Counted from the stretch's first letter, positions 27,661 to 37,601 are shown. The stretch is DNA of 64,000 nucleotides from Gemmatimonadales bacterium (GCA_036397755.1 DASWII010000035.1:43049-107048), one strand, 5' to 3'. The notes: generated from the sequence alone by a model not told the origin. Numbers and translations: made by a program.

Positions 27661-30426
27661 ATGGCAAATGAGCAGCCGGTGACACCGGAACCGACACACG
27701 TCACCCTCGTCCCCCACACGCACTGGGACCGCGAATGGTACCTCACCGTACAGCGATTCGGCGTGCGCCTGCTGGACATCGTGTCGGAAGTGCTCGAGCG
27801 TCTCGACCGGCCGGACGATTTGCCACACTTCCTACTCGACGGCCAGGTGATCGTCCTCGAGGATTATCTCGCTCAACGTCCGGCGGACCGGGAACGCATC
27901 CGGCGGCATGTGTCAGCCGGCCGGCTCGCGATCGGCCCGTGGTACGTCCTGCACGACGAGTTTCTGACGAGCGGTGAGAGTTCCGTCAGAAACCTGCTCG
28001 TCGGCGCTCGGGTATGTGCCGACCTGGGTGGCAGACAGGAGGTGGGGTATGTCCCGGATGCGTTCGGGCACGTTGCACAGTTGCCCCAGATCCTGCGACG
28101 GGCCGGAATCGACACCTTCGTGTTCACTCGCGGGAGTGGCGACGAGCTCTCCGCAACCGGATCGGAGTTTCGCTGGGTCGCACCGGACGGCAGTGAGGTC
28201 CTGGCAATCAAGTTGGTCGGCGGCTACTGCAACGCCGGTGCGTTGGGATTCGACTCCGACCGAGACATGTTCTCGGGGAACACCGCCGACCCTGATCGGG
28301 CCATCGACCGGGTGCGGCGCGCCCTGGATCGCATGGCTCCGCTCGCCCGCTCCGACCGCCGGCTGCTCACCAACGGCTGTGACCATCTGCCGCCTCAACA
28401 GGGCCTGACGGAGGTCATGGCCGCGGTGCGTCAGGCAAACCCCGGCAGCCACTTCGAGATAGGATCACTCACGACCTTTCTGGACGGCCTGCGCCCAGCC
28501 GGGCCCGGACTCAGCGTCTATGCCGGCGAGCTGCGGGGCGCGCGCACGGAGCATCTGCTGCCGGGCGTGCTCTCGACGCGTATGCCGATCAAGCAGGCAA
28601 ACGAGCGTTGCGAGTGCCTAGTCGCCGCGGTGCTCGAGCCGCTGGCGAGTTACCTCCATTTCGTCTGCGGCGCGCCGTACCCTGGGCACGCGATCGACGT
28701 GCTGTGGAAACAACTCCTCGCCAACCATCCCCACGACTCGATCTGCGGCTGCGGCACCGATCTCGTGCACCGGGAGATGATGACACGATTTCACGGCATC
28801 GTCGAGGTCGCCGAGGAATACATTGCGACGGGTCTGGAGCGGCTCTTCCCTCGCACGGGTTCGGACGGCGCCCACCTCGCGGTGTTCAATCCTCTACCCT
28901 TCCCACGCCGCGCGATCGTTGAACAGACCGTGGTGCTGTCGGCCGACATCGAGGTCGCGCGGATCGAGTTGGTGGACCGTGCGGGTATGCCTTTGCCCTT
29001 CACGGTCGTGCGCGCGGACCGGGTGAAACGGTTTTGGGGGCCCGAGTGGTCCAGGATCATCGACGCGGAAGCACAGCGCGAAGCGTTGGAGCTGTATGAG
29101 CGCGAGCATCCCGGTTGGTTCGAGGTGAGCGGCGATAGACATGACCTCTTTGTGACCGTGCAGTTCGATGTCACACTACCGGCGATTGGCGTCGGGGTGG
29201 TCTCGCTGCGACATCGGTCCCCCGACCGCGCGCCGACCCAGCTGCCGCACCGTCTCGCCGCAGACGAGACAACCATCGAGAACGAGTTCATCCGCGTGAC
29301 GATGAGTCCGGATGGTCGCCTCGCCATCGACGACAAGCGCAACGACGCTCGCTACGAGGGGCTCAATCGGCTCGTCGATGACGAGGACGCCGGCGATGAA
29401 TACGACTATGCGCACGCCGAGGAGCCTCTTTCGGTCTCCGCGGTCGGCCTGCACGGTCGTGTCGCGATCGTCGAGGACACGGGTTTCCGCGCGACGCTCG
29501 AGACGGCCTTCGTCTGGAACCTGCCCGAGGCCCTCACCCGCGATCGCACACGCCGTACTGAAGAGCGGATCGGCTGTCGGGTGCGGATTCGGGCGAGCGT
29601 GACGAGAGGCAGTCCTGTGGTGGAGATCGAGACGGCGTTCGACAACGACGCACGCGACCATCGCCTCCGAGCGCTCTTCCCGACGGGGCTGCGCGCAACC
29701 GAGATCGTGAGCGACGGCGCCTTTCATCTCGATCACCGACCCGTCGACGTTGCCGAACGACCTGACTGGGTCCAGCAGCCGGCGGACGCTTATCCACAAC
29801 GCGAGTTCAGTCTCGTGGAGAATGGAACGCGCGGCGTGGCCGTGCTCAATCGCGGCCTGCCAGAAGTAGCGCCGTTTCGCGCGTCCGATGAGACCGTGGG
29901 CATCGCACTCACGCTATTGCGGTGCGTCGGCTGGCTGTCACGCGACGACCTCTCGAGCCGCGATAGGGCGGTCGGCCCGATCCTACCGACGCCCGACGCG
30001 CAGTGCCAAGGCCCGCACCGGTTCCACTACGGTGTCGTTCCGTTGTGCGAGCCCCACCGTGCGGCGGACCTGAAGCGCCTCAGCGCGGCCTATCGCGTCC
30101 GCCCCGTGGCCGTCCAAGTGCAGAGCGCCCATGGGATCGCACCTGACGGAGGGCTCTTTGAAATCCGGCCCACCGGCACGCACCCCGCCGCGGCGGTTTC
30201 GGCGGTGAAGCGTCACGCGGATCGCGACACGCTTGTCGTGCGCCTGTACGATTGGAGCGGGCAGCCCTCGACCCAGCAGCTCGCTTTCGCCCAGGACCTT
30301 GCGGGGGCGTGGCGCACGAATCTGCTTGAAGAGCGAGAGGACGAGCTTCCCGTTCAGTCGAGGCGCGCGATTGCGCTCGACATGACGTCGTTTGAAGTCG
30401 TGACGCTCGAGGTCGCGTTTGCATGA
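27661..30426 (+). CDS. glycoside hydrolase family 38 alpha-mannosidase
   Basis: Start at ATG 27661. VTLVPHTHWDREWY and GYVPDAFGH are classic GH38 N-terminal motifs. 921 aa. Confidence 0.85.
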   Translation: MANEQPVTPEPTHVTLVPHTHWDREWYLTVQRFGVRLLDIVSEVLERLDRPDDLPHFLLDGQVIVLEDYLAQRPADRERIRRHVSAGRLAIGPWYVLHDEFLTSGESSVRNLLVGARVCADLGGRQEVGYVPDAFGHVAQLPQILRRAGIDTFVFTRGSGDELSATGSEFRWVAPDGSEVLAIKLVGGYCNAGALGFDSDRDMFSGNTADPDRAIDRVRRALDRMAPLARSDRRLLTNGCDHLPPQQGLTEVMAAVRQANPGSHFEIGSLTTFLDGLRPAGPGLSVYAGELRGARTEHLLPGVLSTRMPIKQANERCECLVAAVLEPLASYLHFVCGAPYPGHAIDVLWKQLLANHPHDSICGCGTDLVHREMMTRFHGIVEVAEEYIATGLERLFPRTGSDGAHLAVFNPLPFPRRAIVEQTVVLSADIEVARIELVDRAGMPLPFTVVRADRVKRFWGPEWSRIIDAEAQREALELYEREHPGWFEVSGDRHDLFVTVQFDVTLPAIGVGVVSLRHRSPDRAPTQLPHRLAADETTIENEFIRVTMSPDGRLAIDDKRNDARYEGLNRLVDDEDAGDEYDYAHAEEPLSVSAVGLHGRVAIVEDTGFRATLETAFVWNLPEALTRDRTRRTEERIGCRVRIRASVTRGSPVVEIETAFDNDARDHRLRALFPTGLRATEIVSDGAFHLDHRPVDVAERPDWVQQPADAYPQREFSLVENGTRGVAVLNRGLPEVAPFRASDETVGIALTLLRCVGWLSRDDLSSRDRAVGPILPTPDAQCQGPHRFHYGVVPLCEPHRAADLKRLSAAYRVRPVAVQVQSAHGIAPDGGLFEIRPTGTHPAAAVSAVKRHADRDTLVVRLYDWSGQPSTQQLAFAQDLAGAWRTNLLEEREDELPVQSRRAIALDMTSFEVVTLEVAFA

Positions 30427-30519
30427 ACGTGGACGCGGGTCGCGTGACGGACGTTGACCCGAGCCGTACCTTTGGGAACGCGAAGATCAGGAAAGATTCC
30501 CCCGCTTCGAGGGACGATC

Positions 30520-31575
30520 ATGACACGAGCACTCAGGCTGGCGTTGGTTGGAGTCATCACGTTGACGGGTGTAGCGGTGGCGGTGCAGTACCGCTTGGCG
30601 CCAAGGGTCACGCCACGTTCGATCGGCACCGGCGACCTCCTGCAGGCGGTGAGCATCGTCGATAACGAAACGGTCTGGCTGAGTGGTCACAGCGGCACGT
30701 TTGCCCGCACCACGGACGGTGGCAAGACGTGGGCCGTGAACAAGGTGCCCAACGCCGACTCCCTCGAGTTTCGCGACGTGCACGCGCTGAGCAGCGACAT
30801 CGCCTGGCTGATGAGCGCGGGCCCAGGCGATCGCTCGCGGATCTACCACACGCAAGACGGGGGACGCACGTGGGACCTGCAGTTTCAAAGCAACGATCCA
30901 GAGACGTTTTACGACTGCTTTGCGTTTTGGGATGGCATGCACGGGGTGGCGTTCAGCGACGCCGTGGGCGGGCGGTTTGTCATCCTGAGGACGACGGACG
31001 GCCGGACGTGGTCGCGCGTCCCTGCCTCGAATACCCCACCCGCGCTCGCGGCGGAAGGGAGCTTCGCCGCCAGCGGCACGTGCGTCGTGACGGCGGGCGA
31101 CCGGCATGGCTGGATCGGCACCGGGAACGCCACCATTGCACGCGTGCTCCGGACCAACGACCGCGGGGCCACCTGGAAGGTCTCGGACACGCCCGTCGCC
31201 GCGGGTGAGGCAACGGGCATCGCGTCCCTGATGTTCACCGATACGCTGTTAGGGTGGGCATTCGGGGGGAGGATTGGGGATCCGGCCAGCGTCACGAACA
31301 ACGCGGCGCGCACCTGGGACGGCGGCGCAACATGGGAACTCGTCACATCCCCACCGTTTCGCGGTGCGATCTACGGATCGGGTGTGGTCACCGGCGCGCC
31401 GGACGTGGCGCTCGTCGTGACCGGTCCCAACGGCATGGCCTTCACGATCGACGGCGGCATGAGCTGGCGTTCGCTCGACACGCTGAGCTACTGGGCCGTG
31501 GGCTTCGGATCGCCGCATGAAGGATGGGCCGTGGGCCCGGCGGGTCGCCTGGCCCACGTCTCGATGTATCAGTAG
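30520..31575 (+). CDS. BNR-like/Ycf48-like beta-propeller protein, membrane-anchored or secreted
   Basis: Start at ATG 30520 (MTRALRLALVGVITLTGVAVAV). Repeated TTDGGKTW, TQDGGRTW, TTDGRTW, TNDRGATW, WDGGATW and IDGGMSW blades. Confidence 0.7.
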   Translation: MTRALRLALVGVITLTGVAVAVQYRLAPRVTPRSIGTGDLLQAVSIVDNETVWLSGHSGTFARTTDGGKTWAVNKVPNADSLEFRDVHALSSDIAWLMSAGPGDRSRIYHTQDGGRTWDLQFQSNDPETFYDCFAFWDGMHGVAFSDAVGGRFVILRTTDGRTWSRVPASNTPPALAAEGSFAASGTCVVTAGDRHGWIGTGNATIARVLRTNDRGATWKVSDTPVAAGEATGIASLMFTDTLLGWAFGGRIGDPASVTNNAARTWDGGATWELVTSPPFRGAIYGSGVVTGAPDVALVVTGPNGMAFTIDGGMSWRSLDTLSYWAVGFGSPHEGWAVGPAGRLAHVSMYQ

Positions 31576-31589
31576 AGGGCGGCTCGTCG

Positions 31590-32336
31590 ATGCGGATCTC
31601 CGACCATCGCATACTGATTACCGGCGGCGGCACCGGCATAGGTCTCGCCTTTGCGCGCGCGTTGGCTGGCCGCGGCAACCGGATTCTCATCGCCGGCCGA
31701 CGATCCCAGCCACTCGAAGACGCGGCGCGCGACCTCGAAGGCGTCACCACGGCGACGGTAGATCTGGTCCGCGAAGATTCCATCCGAGAACTGCTTTCCG
31801 TCGTGAGAGAGCGGCTCGGTGGACTGTCGTTCCTCGTGAACAACGCCGGGATTCAATACAACGACGACTATGCCACGGCCGATGCGGACGAGATCTGCCA
31901 ACACGTGGATCGGGAGGTGGGCACCAATCTGACCGGGCTAGTGAAGCTCACCACCCTCGCCATGCCACTCCTGTTGCTGGCACCCGAGGCCGCCATCGTC
32001 AACGTTTCCTCGATCCTCGCCATCAGCCCCAAGAGGAGCGCGCCCGTGTACTGCGCCACCAAAGCTGCCGTGCGCTCGTTCACCCAGGCGCTGCGATACC
32101 AGCTCGCGGAGCAGGCCCCGCACATTCGGGTCGTCGAGGTGGCGCCGCCGATCGTCGACACGGCCATGACGACCGGGCGCGGCCGTCGCAAGCTCAGGCC
32201 GGAACAAGTGGCCGCCGAGGCCCTCCGGGGGATCGAGGCCGACAGGGTCGAAATCGCGGTGGGGGCGACGAAGGCCGTACGGTGGATCTACCGGCTGAGC
32301 CCGACCGTGGTCGAGTGGCCGCTGCGCAACCGGTAG
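31590..32336 (+). CDS. short-chain dehydrogenase/reductase (SDR)
   Basis: Start at ATG 31590. ILITGGGTGIGLA and YCATKAAV motifs. Confidence 0.8.
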   Translation: MRISDHRILITGGGTGIGLAFARALAGRGNRILIAGRRSQPLEDAARDLEGVTTATVDLVREDSIRELLSVVRERLGGLSFLVNNAGIQYNDDYATADADEICQHVDREVGTNLTGLVKLTTLAMPLLLLAPEAAIVNVSSILAISPKRSAPVYCATKAAVRSFTQALRYQLAEQAPHIRVVEVAPPIVDTAMTTGRGRRKLRPEQVAAEALRGIEADRVEIAVGATKAVRWIYRLSPTVVEWPLRNR

Positions 32337-32355
32337 CGTCCCGACACGACAGGGA

Positions 32356-32958
32356 GTGCTCGTGAGACAACGGAATCTCGCCGCCTTCGTGGCGCTGTGG
32401 ATCGTCGGCTGCTCCGGACAGGATGCGGCACCGGCTACGGACAGCACCTCTTCGCCACCGGTGGTCGTCTTCGAGACCAGCCTGGGAACGATTGTCGCCG
32501 AACTCGCCCCGGAGCACGCGCCACAAACGGTCAGGCATTTCCTCACGCACGTGCGCTCGCAGTTCTATGACGGAATCATCGTGCACCGGGTCGAGCCGGG
32601 ATTCGTCATTCAGGCGGGGGGATACCAGCCTGACATGCGCGAACGACGCACCAGCGCCTTCCCGGTCGCCAACGAGAACCCGACCGGCCTGCTGAATGCG
32701 CGCGGGACGCTGGCCATGGCCCGCACGGCGGACCCGCACAGCGGGCTCGTGGACTTCTTCATCAACCTCGCGGACAACGCGAGGCTGGACTATCGCGACA
32801 GTACCGCCGAGGGGTGGGGTTATGTGGTGTTCGGTCGCGTGATCGAGGGGATGGATGTCGTCGACGTGATCGCCGGGACCCCGACGCGGCCTCAAGGCCG
32901 CCTTCGCAGTCTTCCCATCGAGCCCATCATCATCAGTCACGCGTATATACGGGAGTAA
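32356..32958 (+). CDS. cyclophilin-type peptidyl-prolyl cis-trans isomerase, lipoprotein signal
   Basis: GTG start. LWIVGCSG lipobox. FHRVEPGFVIQAGG-like core (IIVHRVEPGFVIQAGGY) and GYVVFGRVIEGMDVVD. Confidence 0.9.
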   Translation: MLVRQRNLAAFVALWIVGCSGQDAAPATDSTSSPPVVVFETSLGTIVAELAPEHAPQTVRHFLTHVRSQFYDGIIVHRVEPGFVIQAGGYQPDMRERRTSAFPVANENPTGLLNARGTLAMARTADPHSGLVDFFINLADNARLDYRDSTAEGWGYVVFGRVIEGMDVVDVIAGTPTRPQGRLRSLPIEPIIISHAYIRE

Positions 32959-33039
32959 GGTCACCGGGCGAGCCGACTCCAACGCATCTCGTATCCGACA
33001 AGACGCAGGCATCCTCCCACTCTCCCGCCACTTGACGTT

Positions 33040-33069
33040 TGGTATCTATATGATATCATATCGATACCA
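33040..33069. promoter_or_regulatory. 30 bp AT-rich near-perfect palindrome overlapping the putative SPFH-operon promoter
   Basis: TGGTATCTATATGAT|ATCATATCGATACCA, 14 of 15 positions paired. TTGACG (33032-33037) sits 16 nt upstream of TATCAT (33054-33059). The element lies 19 nt upstream of the SPFH start. Confidence 0.5.
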
Positions 33070-33087
33070 GCTATTCGAGAGGGTCCT

Positions 33088-33954
33088 ATGGTTCGCGAAC
33101 ACGCGCGCCGCACGGCGTCCGGCTACGTCGCATTCGTGGTGCTGTTCTTGGTCTCGGTGGGTGTGGGGCTGTGGCTGTACGCCGCGCTGCAGGCTGAGGC
33201 AACGGCCTCGATCGTCATCGCGGCGATCGCCGCGACGCTCGTAGGCATTCTCTGGGGCGGGTTCTTCATGGTGCACCCCAACGAAGCCCGGGTACTCCAG
33301 CTGTTCGGAGCCTACGCGGGAACGGAGCGGGTGACGGGACTCCGATGGGCCAATCCGTTCTTCACCAAAGCCAAAGTCTCCGTCCGCGTGCGGAATTTCG
33401 AGACCGCCAAGCTCAAGGTGAACGACCTCAATAGCAATCCGATCGAGATCGCCGCGGTCGTCGTTTGGCGCGTCGTGGACACGGCCGAAGCCTTGTTCGA
33501 GGTGGACGACTACGTCGAATACGTACACGTGCAGAGTGAGTCGGCGCTGCGGACGACCGTGACCAACTATCCCTACGACGCGTTCGAAGAGGGACAAATG
33601 TCCCTCTCGCACAACATGTTCGAGATCGCCGATCAGTTGAAGGGCGACGTACAAGACCGCCTCGCCAAGGCGGGGGTGGAGGTCGTCGAGGCACGAATCA
33701 GCCACCTCGCGTACGCACCGGAGATTGCGAGTGCAATGCTCCAGCGACAGCAGGCGAGCGCGATCATCGCCGCGCGCCAGAAGATCGTGGAGGGGGCGGT
33801 GGGTATGGTCGAGATGGCGCTGACGATGTTGGCCCAACAAGACGTCGTGCAGCTCGACGACGAGCGCAAAGCGAACATGGTCAGCAATCTGCTGGTGGTG
33901 CTGTGCGCGGACCGTAGTCCACAGCCGATCGTGAACGCGGGCTCGCTGTACTAG
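33088..33954 (+). CDS. SPFH/band-7 (stomatin/prohibitin-like) membrane protein
   Basis: Two N-terminal TM helices followed by an SPFH body (VLQLFGAY...[23 protein letters not shown]...). Confidence 0.85.
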   Translation: MVREHARRTASGYVAFVVLFLVSVGVGLWLYAALQAEATASIVIAAIAATLVGILWGGFFMVHPNEARVLQLFGAYAGTERVTGLRWANPFFTKAKVSVRVRNFETAKLKVNDLNSNPIEIAAVVVWRVVDTAEALFEVDDYVEYVHVQSESALRTTVTNYPYDAFEEGQMSLSHNMFEIADQLKGDVQDRLAKAGVEVVEARISHLAYAPEIASAMLQRQQASAIIAARQKIVEGAVGMVEMALTMLAQQDVVQLDDERKANMVSNLLVVLCADRSPQPIVNAGSLY

Positions 33955-33957
33955 GGC

Positions 33958-34155
33958 TTGCGCGACGTGACTCCACGGAAGTCGTTTCCGTTACGCATAG
34001 ACCCCAAAGTCTATGCCGCGATCGAGCGGTGGGCAGCCGACGAATTGCGCAGCGTGAACGGACAGATCGAGTTTCTCTTGAGGCAGGTGCTCTTGCGTGC
34101 CGGCCGGCTCGGCGACAACGACGTCGAGTCATTGGGGAAAAGGGGGGAATCGTGA
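33958..34155 (+). CDS. Arc/MetJ-type ribbon-helix-helix DNA-binding protein
   Basis: [37 protein letters not shown] fits the RHH pattern (beta strand followed by two helices). Start is TTG 33958 or GTG 33967. The stop overlaps the next gene's GTG. Confidence 0.6.
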   Translation: MRDVTPRKSFPLRIDPKVYAAIERWAADELRSVNGQIEFLLRQVLLRAGRLGDNDVESLGKRGES

Positions 34156-35747
34156 AAGTGCTGGGATTGGCCATTATCGGGCTGTGCTGCTGGAACGCAT
34201 CGGCCGTGGCGCAGGTCGGCCAGGACGCCGCCATGATGCGGATGTACCAGGCTGAGAGTGAAGTCGGGCGGGAGTCGTTCACGCGCGACGCACGGCACTT
34301 CGAGAGTACCGTGGAGATCCCCGTGCTCCAGGCGCGTTTGATCCACCGTACGGAATTCGGCCCGGACGGGCGCTGGACCGCCTTCGAGAGTCGAGTGTAT
34401 CTGCTCGCGAACGACAGTCTGGTGGCCGAGTACTGGGCCACCGCGGCGGGGGATTCGGTGCGCTGGCGCCAGCTTCGCGGCGGGCAGGACACCTCCGGCG
34501 TGGCAGCGGGCCGGCCATCCGCCGTCGTGCCCAGCCAGACCACCGCGGTGTTCGCGGACATCGCCTATCGTGTCGCCGGACGAGATACGATCTGGGAGCT
34601 GTGGTCGCCGGAGAGCGGTGCGGTGGTGCAGGCCACGATCCGGCATGGCACGAATACGGTCGAGTTCACGCTGGGGCCGTTGCCTCTCACCGTAAAGCTC
34701 CGGCCGGACGGGCGCGTGGGGGAGATCGAGGTTCTCCCGCAACGCCTGCGGGTCGAACGGGTCGAGCCCAACTTGCCGCTCGATCCGCTCCCCGGATTGG
34801 AACGCCCGAAACCGGACTACGCGCCGCCTCCGGGCGCTCCGTACACGGCCACCGAAGTGCGCATCCCGGTCACTTCCGAGAGCGGCGACGCGTTTGAGCT
34901 GGCCGGTACGCTCACCGTGCCCACCACTGGGCGACCGCCGTTTCCTGCAGCCGTGACCATCACGGGTTCGGGCGGGCAAGACCGCGACGAGAACTTGTGG
35001 CCGCTGGTGCCGGACTACAGACCGTACGCGGAGATCGCCGACCGGCTGGCGCACGCGCGGATCGCGGTGCTGCGCGTGGACGACCGCGGTGTCGGCGCGT
35101 CCGGGGGCGGGAACAGCGCGCCGACGACGCGTGATTTCGCCGGTGACGTCAGAGCGCAGTTGGCGTGGCTTCGCGCGCGCCCGGAGATCAACGGGAAGCT
35201 GCTGGCGCTGATCGGGCACAGCGAGGGAGGCGTGATCGGTCCGATCGTGGCGGCGGAAGATCGGGAGCTTGCCGCCTTGGTCATCATGGCTGGATCATCA
35301 CAAACCGGCGAAGAGATCATCCACTACCAGGTGACGAGACCGATCGAGACCGCCCCCGGGCTCACCGACGCGCAGCGCGCGGAGCTGCGCGACTCGATCT
35401 TGGCCGAGGCGATGACGACCCTTGCAGCCGCCAACCCATGGATGCGGTACTTCTGGACCTACGATCCCCTCGTTGCCGCCCGCCAAGTGACTCAGCCGGT
35501 GCTGGTGCTGCACGGTGAGTACGACCGGCAGGTCACCGTGGAACAGGCGACGGAACTCGCGGATGCGATCCGCGAGGGTGGCAACCGGGATGTCACTGTC
35601 CGCATCTTCCCGAAGCTCAACCACCTGTTCCTCATGAGCCTCGAGGACGGGTCTCCCCACGAGTACATGGCCATCGAGGATGCGTCGCTACCGAGCGAAG
35701 TACTGGACACGATCGTCACGTGGCTGTCGACCAAACTGCGTCCGTGA
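34152..35747 (+). CDS. secreted alpha/beta hydrolase with an N-terminal non-catalytic domain
   Basis: GTGA overlap with the RHH stop. Signal [21 protein letters not shown]; GHSEGG nucleophile elbow; LHGEYDRQV and NHLF near the C-terminus. Confidence 0.75.
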   Translation: MKVLGLAIIGLCCWNASAVAQVGQDAAMMRMYQAESEVGRESFTRDARHFESTVEIPVLQARLIHRTEFGPDGRWTAFESRVYLLANDSLVAEYWATAAGDSVRWRQLRGGQDTSGVAAGRPSAVVPSQTTAVFADIAYRVAGRDTIWELWSPESGAVVQATIRHGTNTVEFTLGPLPLTVKLRPDGRVGEIEVLPQRLRVERVEPNLPLDPLPGLERPKPDYAPPPGAPYTATEVRIPVTSESGDAFELAGTLTVPTTGRPPFPAAVTITGSGGQDRDENLWPLVPDYRPYAEIADRLAHARIAVLRVDDRGVGASGGGNSAPTTRDFAGDVRAQLAWLRARPEINGKLLALIGHSEGGVIGPIVAAEDRELAALVIMAGSSQTGEEIIHYQVTRPIETAPGLTDAQRAELRDSILAEAMTTLAAANPWMRYFWTYDPLVAARQVTQPVLVLHGEYDRQVTVEQATELADAIREGGNRDVTVRIFPKLNHLFLMSLEDGSPHEYMAIEDASLPSEVLDTIVTWLSTKLRP

Positions 35748-35804
35748 TGCCCGACGTGACACGGACGGCGCCGGAAACGACCCGCGCCGCCCGTGTCACG
35801 TGTC

Positions 35805-36350
35805 CTACTTGCCGATGGCTTCCAACTCTCCGAGCGCTGATTCCAGCACCTCGCGCAATCGGGTACGCTTCGTCTCGTCGTCCCGATAGCGCCAGGCAAC
35901 GCGATAGGCCTGTGGCACCAGTTTCCCTACCAGTCGCGTGACCTCGGGCATCGGATCGGCAAGGAACGCATCGATTGTGTCCTCGACGCGCTCGAAGATG
36001 TCCTCCACGGTCGACCGGTGCTGGTCCAGGAACGCCTGGCCCTCCGTGGTGATCTCGTAGACCTTCTTCCCTTCGACGTCCTTCGACGCCACCAGCCCTT
36101 CGTCCTCGAGCCACTGCAGGGTTGGATACACCGACCCAGGCGAAGGCTTGTAACACCCGTGCGTGTGCTCCTCGAGCGCCTTCATCACCTCATAGCCGTG
36201 CATCGGTTTCTCTTTGAGCAGCTTGAGGATCACGTACTTGAGGTCCCCCGACTCGAACCATACCCGACGCCGTGTTCCTCTCCTGGCCCCGCGCCCGCTC
36301 CACCACCATGCGCCCGGCCCGAATCCGAAGTTCCATTCTTCCTTTTGCAT
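35805..36350 (-). CDS. PadR family transcriptional regulator (long form with C-terminal domain)
   Basis: Start at ATG 36350 after GGGGAGGTGG. Winged-helix block LKYVILKLLKEKPMHGYEVMKALEE...GSVYPTLQWLEDEGLV. Confidence 0.85.
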   Translation of the reverse strand: MQKEEWNFGFGPGAWWWSGRGARRGTRRRVWFESGDLKYVILKLLKEKPMHGYEVMKALEEHTHGCYKPSPGSVYPTLQWLEDEGLVASKDVEGKKVYEITTEGQAFLDQHRSTVEDIFERVEDTIDAFLADPMPEVTRLVGKLVPQAYRVAWRYRDDETKRTRLREVLESALGELEAIGK

Positions 36351-36365
36351 GACGCCACCTCCCCA

Positions 36366-36409
36366 GATATATCGTGCGATATTACGTACGTAATATCGCA
36401 CGATATATC
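36366..36409. promoter_or_regulatory. perfect 44 bp AT-rich palindrome (putative operator) at the padR promoter/5' UTR
   Basis: GATATATCGTGCGATATTACGT|ACGTAATATCGCACGATATATC, verified base by base. It abuts the padR SD. TTGCAC (36419-36414, minus strand) lies just upstream. Confidence 0.6.
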
Positions 36410-36445
36410 GAGAGTGCAACCCCCTCTCACCTGGGGCCCTACAAC

Positions 36446-36489
36446 GACAAATGCGGGAGGCCGGCTTCCTCCGGCCCCCCGCATTTGTC
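36446..36489 (-). terminator. long GC-rich hairpin after the PDZ gene (probable terminator of the sigma / anti-sigma / PDZ operon)
   Basis: GACAAATGCGGG-A-GGCCGG-CTTCCT-CCGGCC-C-CCCGCATTTGTC: 18 bp of stem with one mismatch. It starts 18 nt after the stop at 36507. There is no strong U-tract. Confidence 0.45.
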
Positions 36490-36506
36490 GCGGTGCCTCT
36501 CCGGAG

Positions 36507-37601
36507 CTACCGATCCCCGTCCGGCATCGCGACCGCAATCGTTTGTCGGCGTTTGTCCCGCATTATCTCCAGCGTGATCTTGTCGCCGCGTTCGTACGAC
36601 TGGAGAATCCGCATGGCGTGCGCCGGATTCCGCGGTTCGCGGCCGTCAATGCTGATGATGACGTCGCCACCCTTGAGCGGAATGTCCTCGTTCGTCGACG
36701 CCTTCACCACGAGCACACCCTTGTCGGTCCCGAAGTAGCTCGCCAGGTCCGGATTCACGATCACGAGTTGCAGATCGAGGAACGCCCCTCCGCGAAGGCG
36801 AGAGACGATGGCTGTAGCCATGTCGCCCTCTCCACCGAACCCGCGAAGAGACTCCACCACTCCGGGCTCCACTAGCTCCCACCTACGTCCTGAATCCGCC
36901 CGGCTCAGGAGTCGCCCCTCTAAACGCTCGCCGATCCCCTCGAGGCCCCGCGCGAACTCGCCAAACGCATATGCCGAGGTGCTCACATCGTCGAGCTTGC
37001 GCGGAGCGACGAGCGCCACGCGCCGGCCGCCTTCCCGGCGGTACTCGAGGCGAAGTGTGTCACCTTCTTCCGCGTTACGTACGAGGTCGACGAAGCGGCT
37101 GCCACCGTCGCGCCCGAGAACCGACGTACCGTTGACCGCCACAATGACGTCGCCCGCCTTGAGCCCCGCCTCCGCGGCCGGACCACCCGGCGTTACCGCC
37201 GCCAAAACGGCCCCGTCGCGGGCCTCCTCGCCCTCACGCGTCTCCACGATCACGCCGATCCGCGGACGATCCGAGTCGAACATCACGACCCCGGGCAGAT
37301 CTTCCGGCTCGAGGATCTCGAAGCGTCCAGGGCCGCTGCGATAGCGGAACACGGATACTCGGTCCACACCTCGAAACGCGCGCTCGGCTTCCCGCAGTCG
37401 CTCCATCGCCCGCTCGAGGTTCCTGCGCGCCTCCGGCACGTCGCTTTCGCGCAGTTGGCGTAACGCGTGGTCCAGCTCGTCGCGGGCCTCTTCCAACCGA
37501 TCGAGCGCCGCCGCGCGCTCGGCGTCGCGCTCCTGGGCGGCCACCGGAGCGGCGAGCCCGAGCGCGCAGAGTGTCAGTAACATCAATCGCCGTATCTTCA
37601 T
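36507..37601 (-). CDS. secreted tandem-PDZ domain protein (no protease domain seen)
   Basis: Start at MKIRRLMLLTLCALGLAAPVAAQ (37601). Two PDZ-like blocks: GGPAAEAGLKAGDVIVAVNG and LKGGDVIISIDG. Confidence 0.7.
   Translation of the reverse strand: MKIRRLMLLTLCALGLAAPVAAQERDAERAAALDRLEEARDELDHALRQLRESDVPEARRNLERAMERLREAERAFRGVDRVSVFRYRSGPGRFEILEPEDLPGVVMFDSDRPRIGVIVETREGEEARDGAVLAAVTPGGPAAEAGLKAGDVIVAVNGTSVLGRDGGSRFVDLVRNAEEGDTLRLEYRREGGRRVALVAPRKLDDVSTSAYAFGEFARGLEGIGERLEGRLLSRADSGRRWELVEPGVVESLRGFGGEGDMATAIVSRLRGGAFLDLQLVIVNPDLASYFGTDKGVLVVKASTNEDIPLKGGDVIISIDGREPRNPAHAMRILQSYERGDKITLEIMRDKRRQTIAVAMPDGDR

Noticed and set aside
33952-33960. The SPFH stop (TAG) and the RHH ORF are in the same frame, 3 nt apart. 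I considered a possible readthrough fusion.
   Set aside because: Same-frame adjacency occurs by chance one time in three. TAG is not a Sec codon, no pyrrolysine context is evident, and the RHH has its own plausible TTG/GTG starts.
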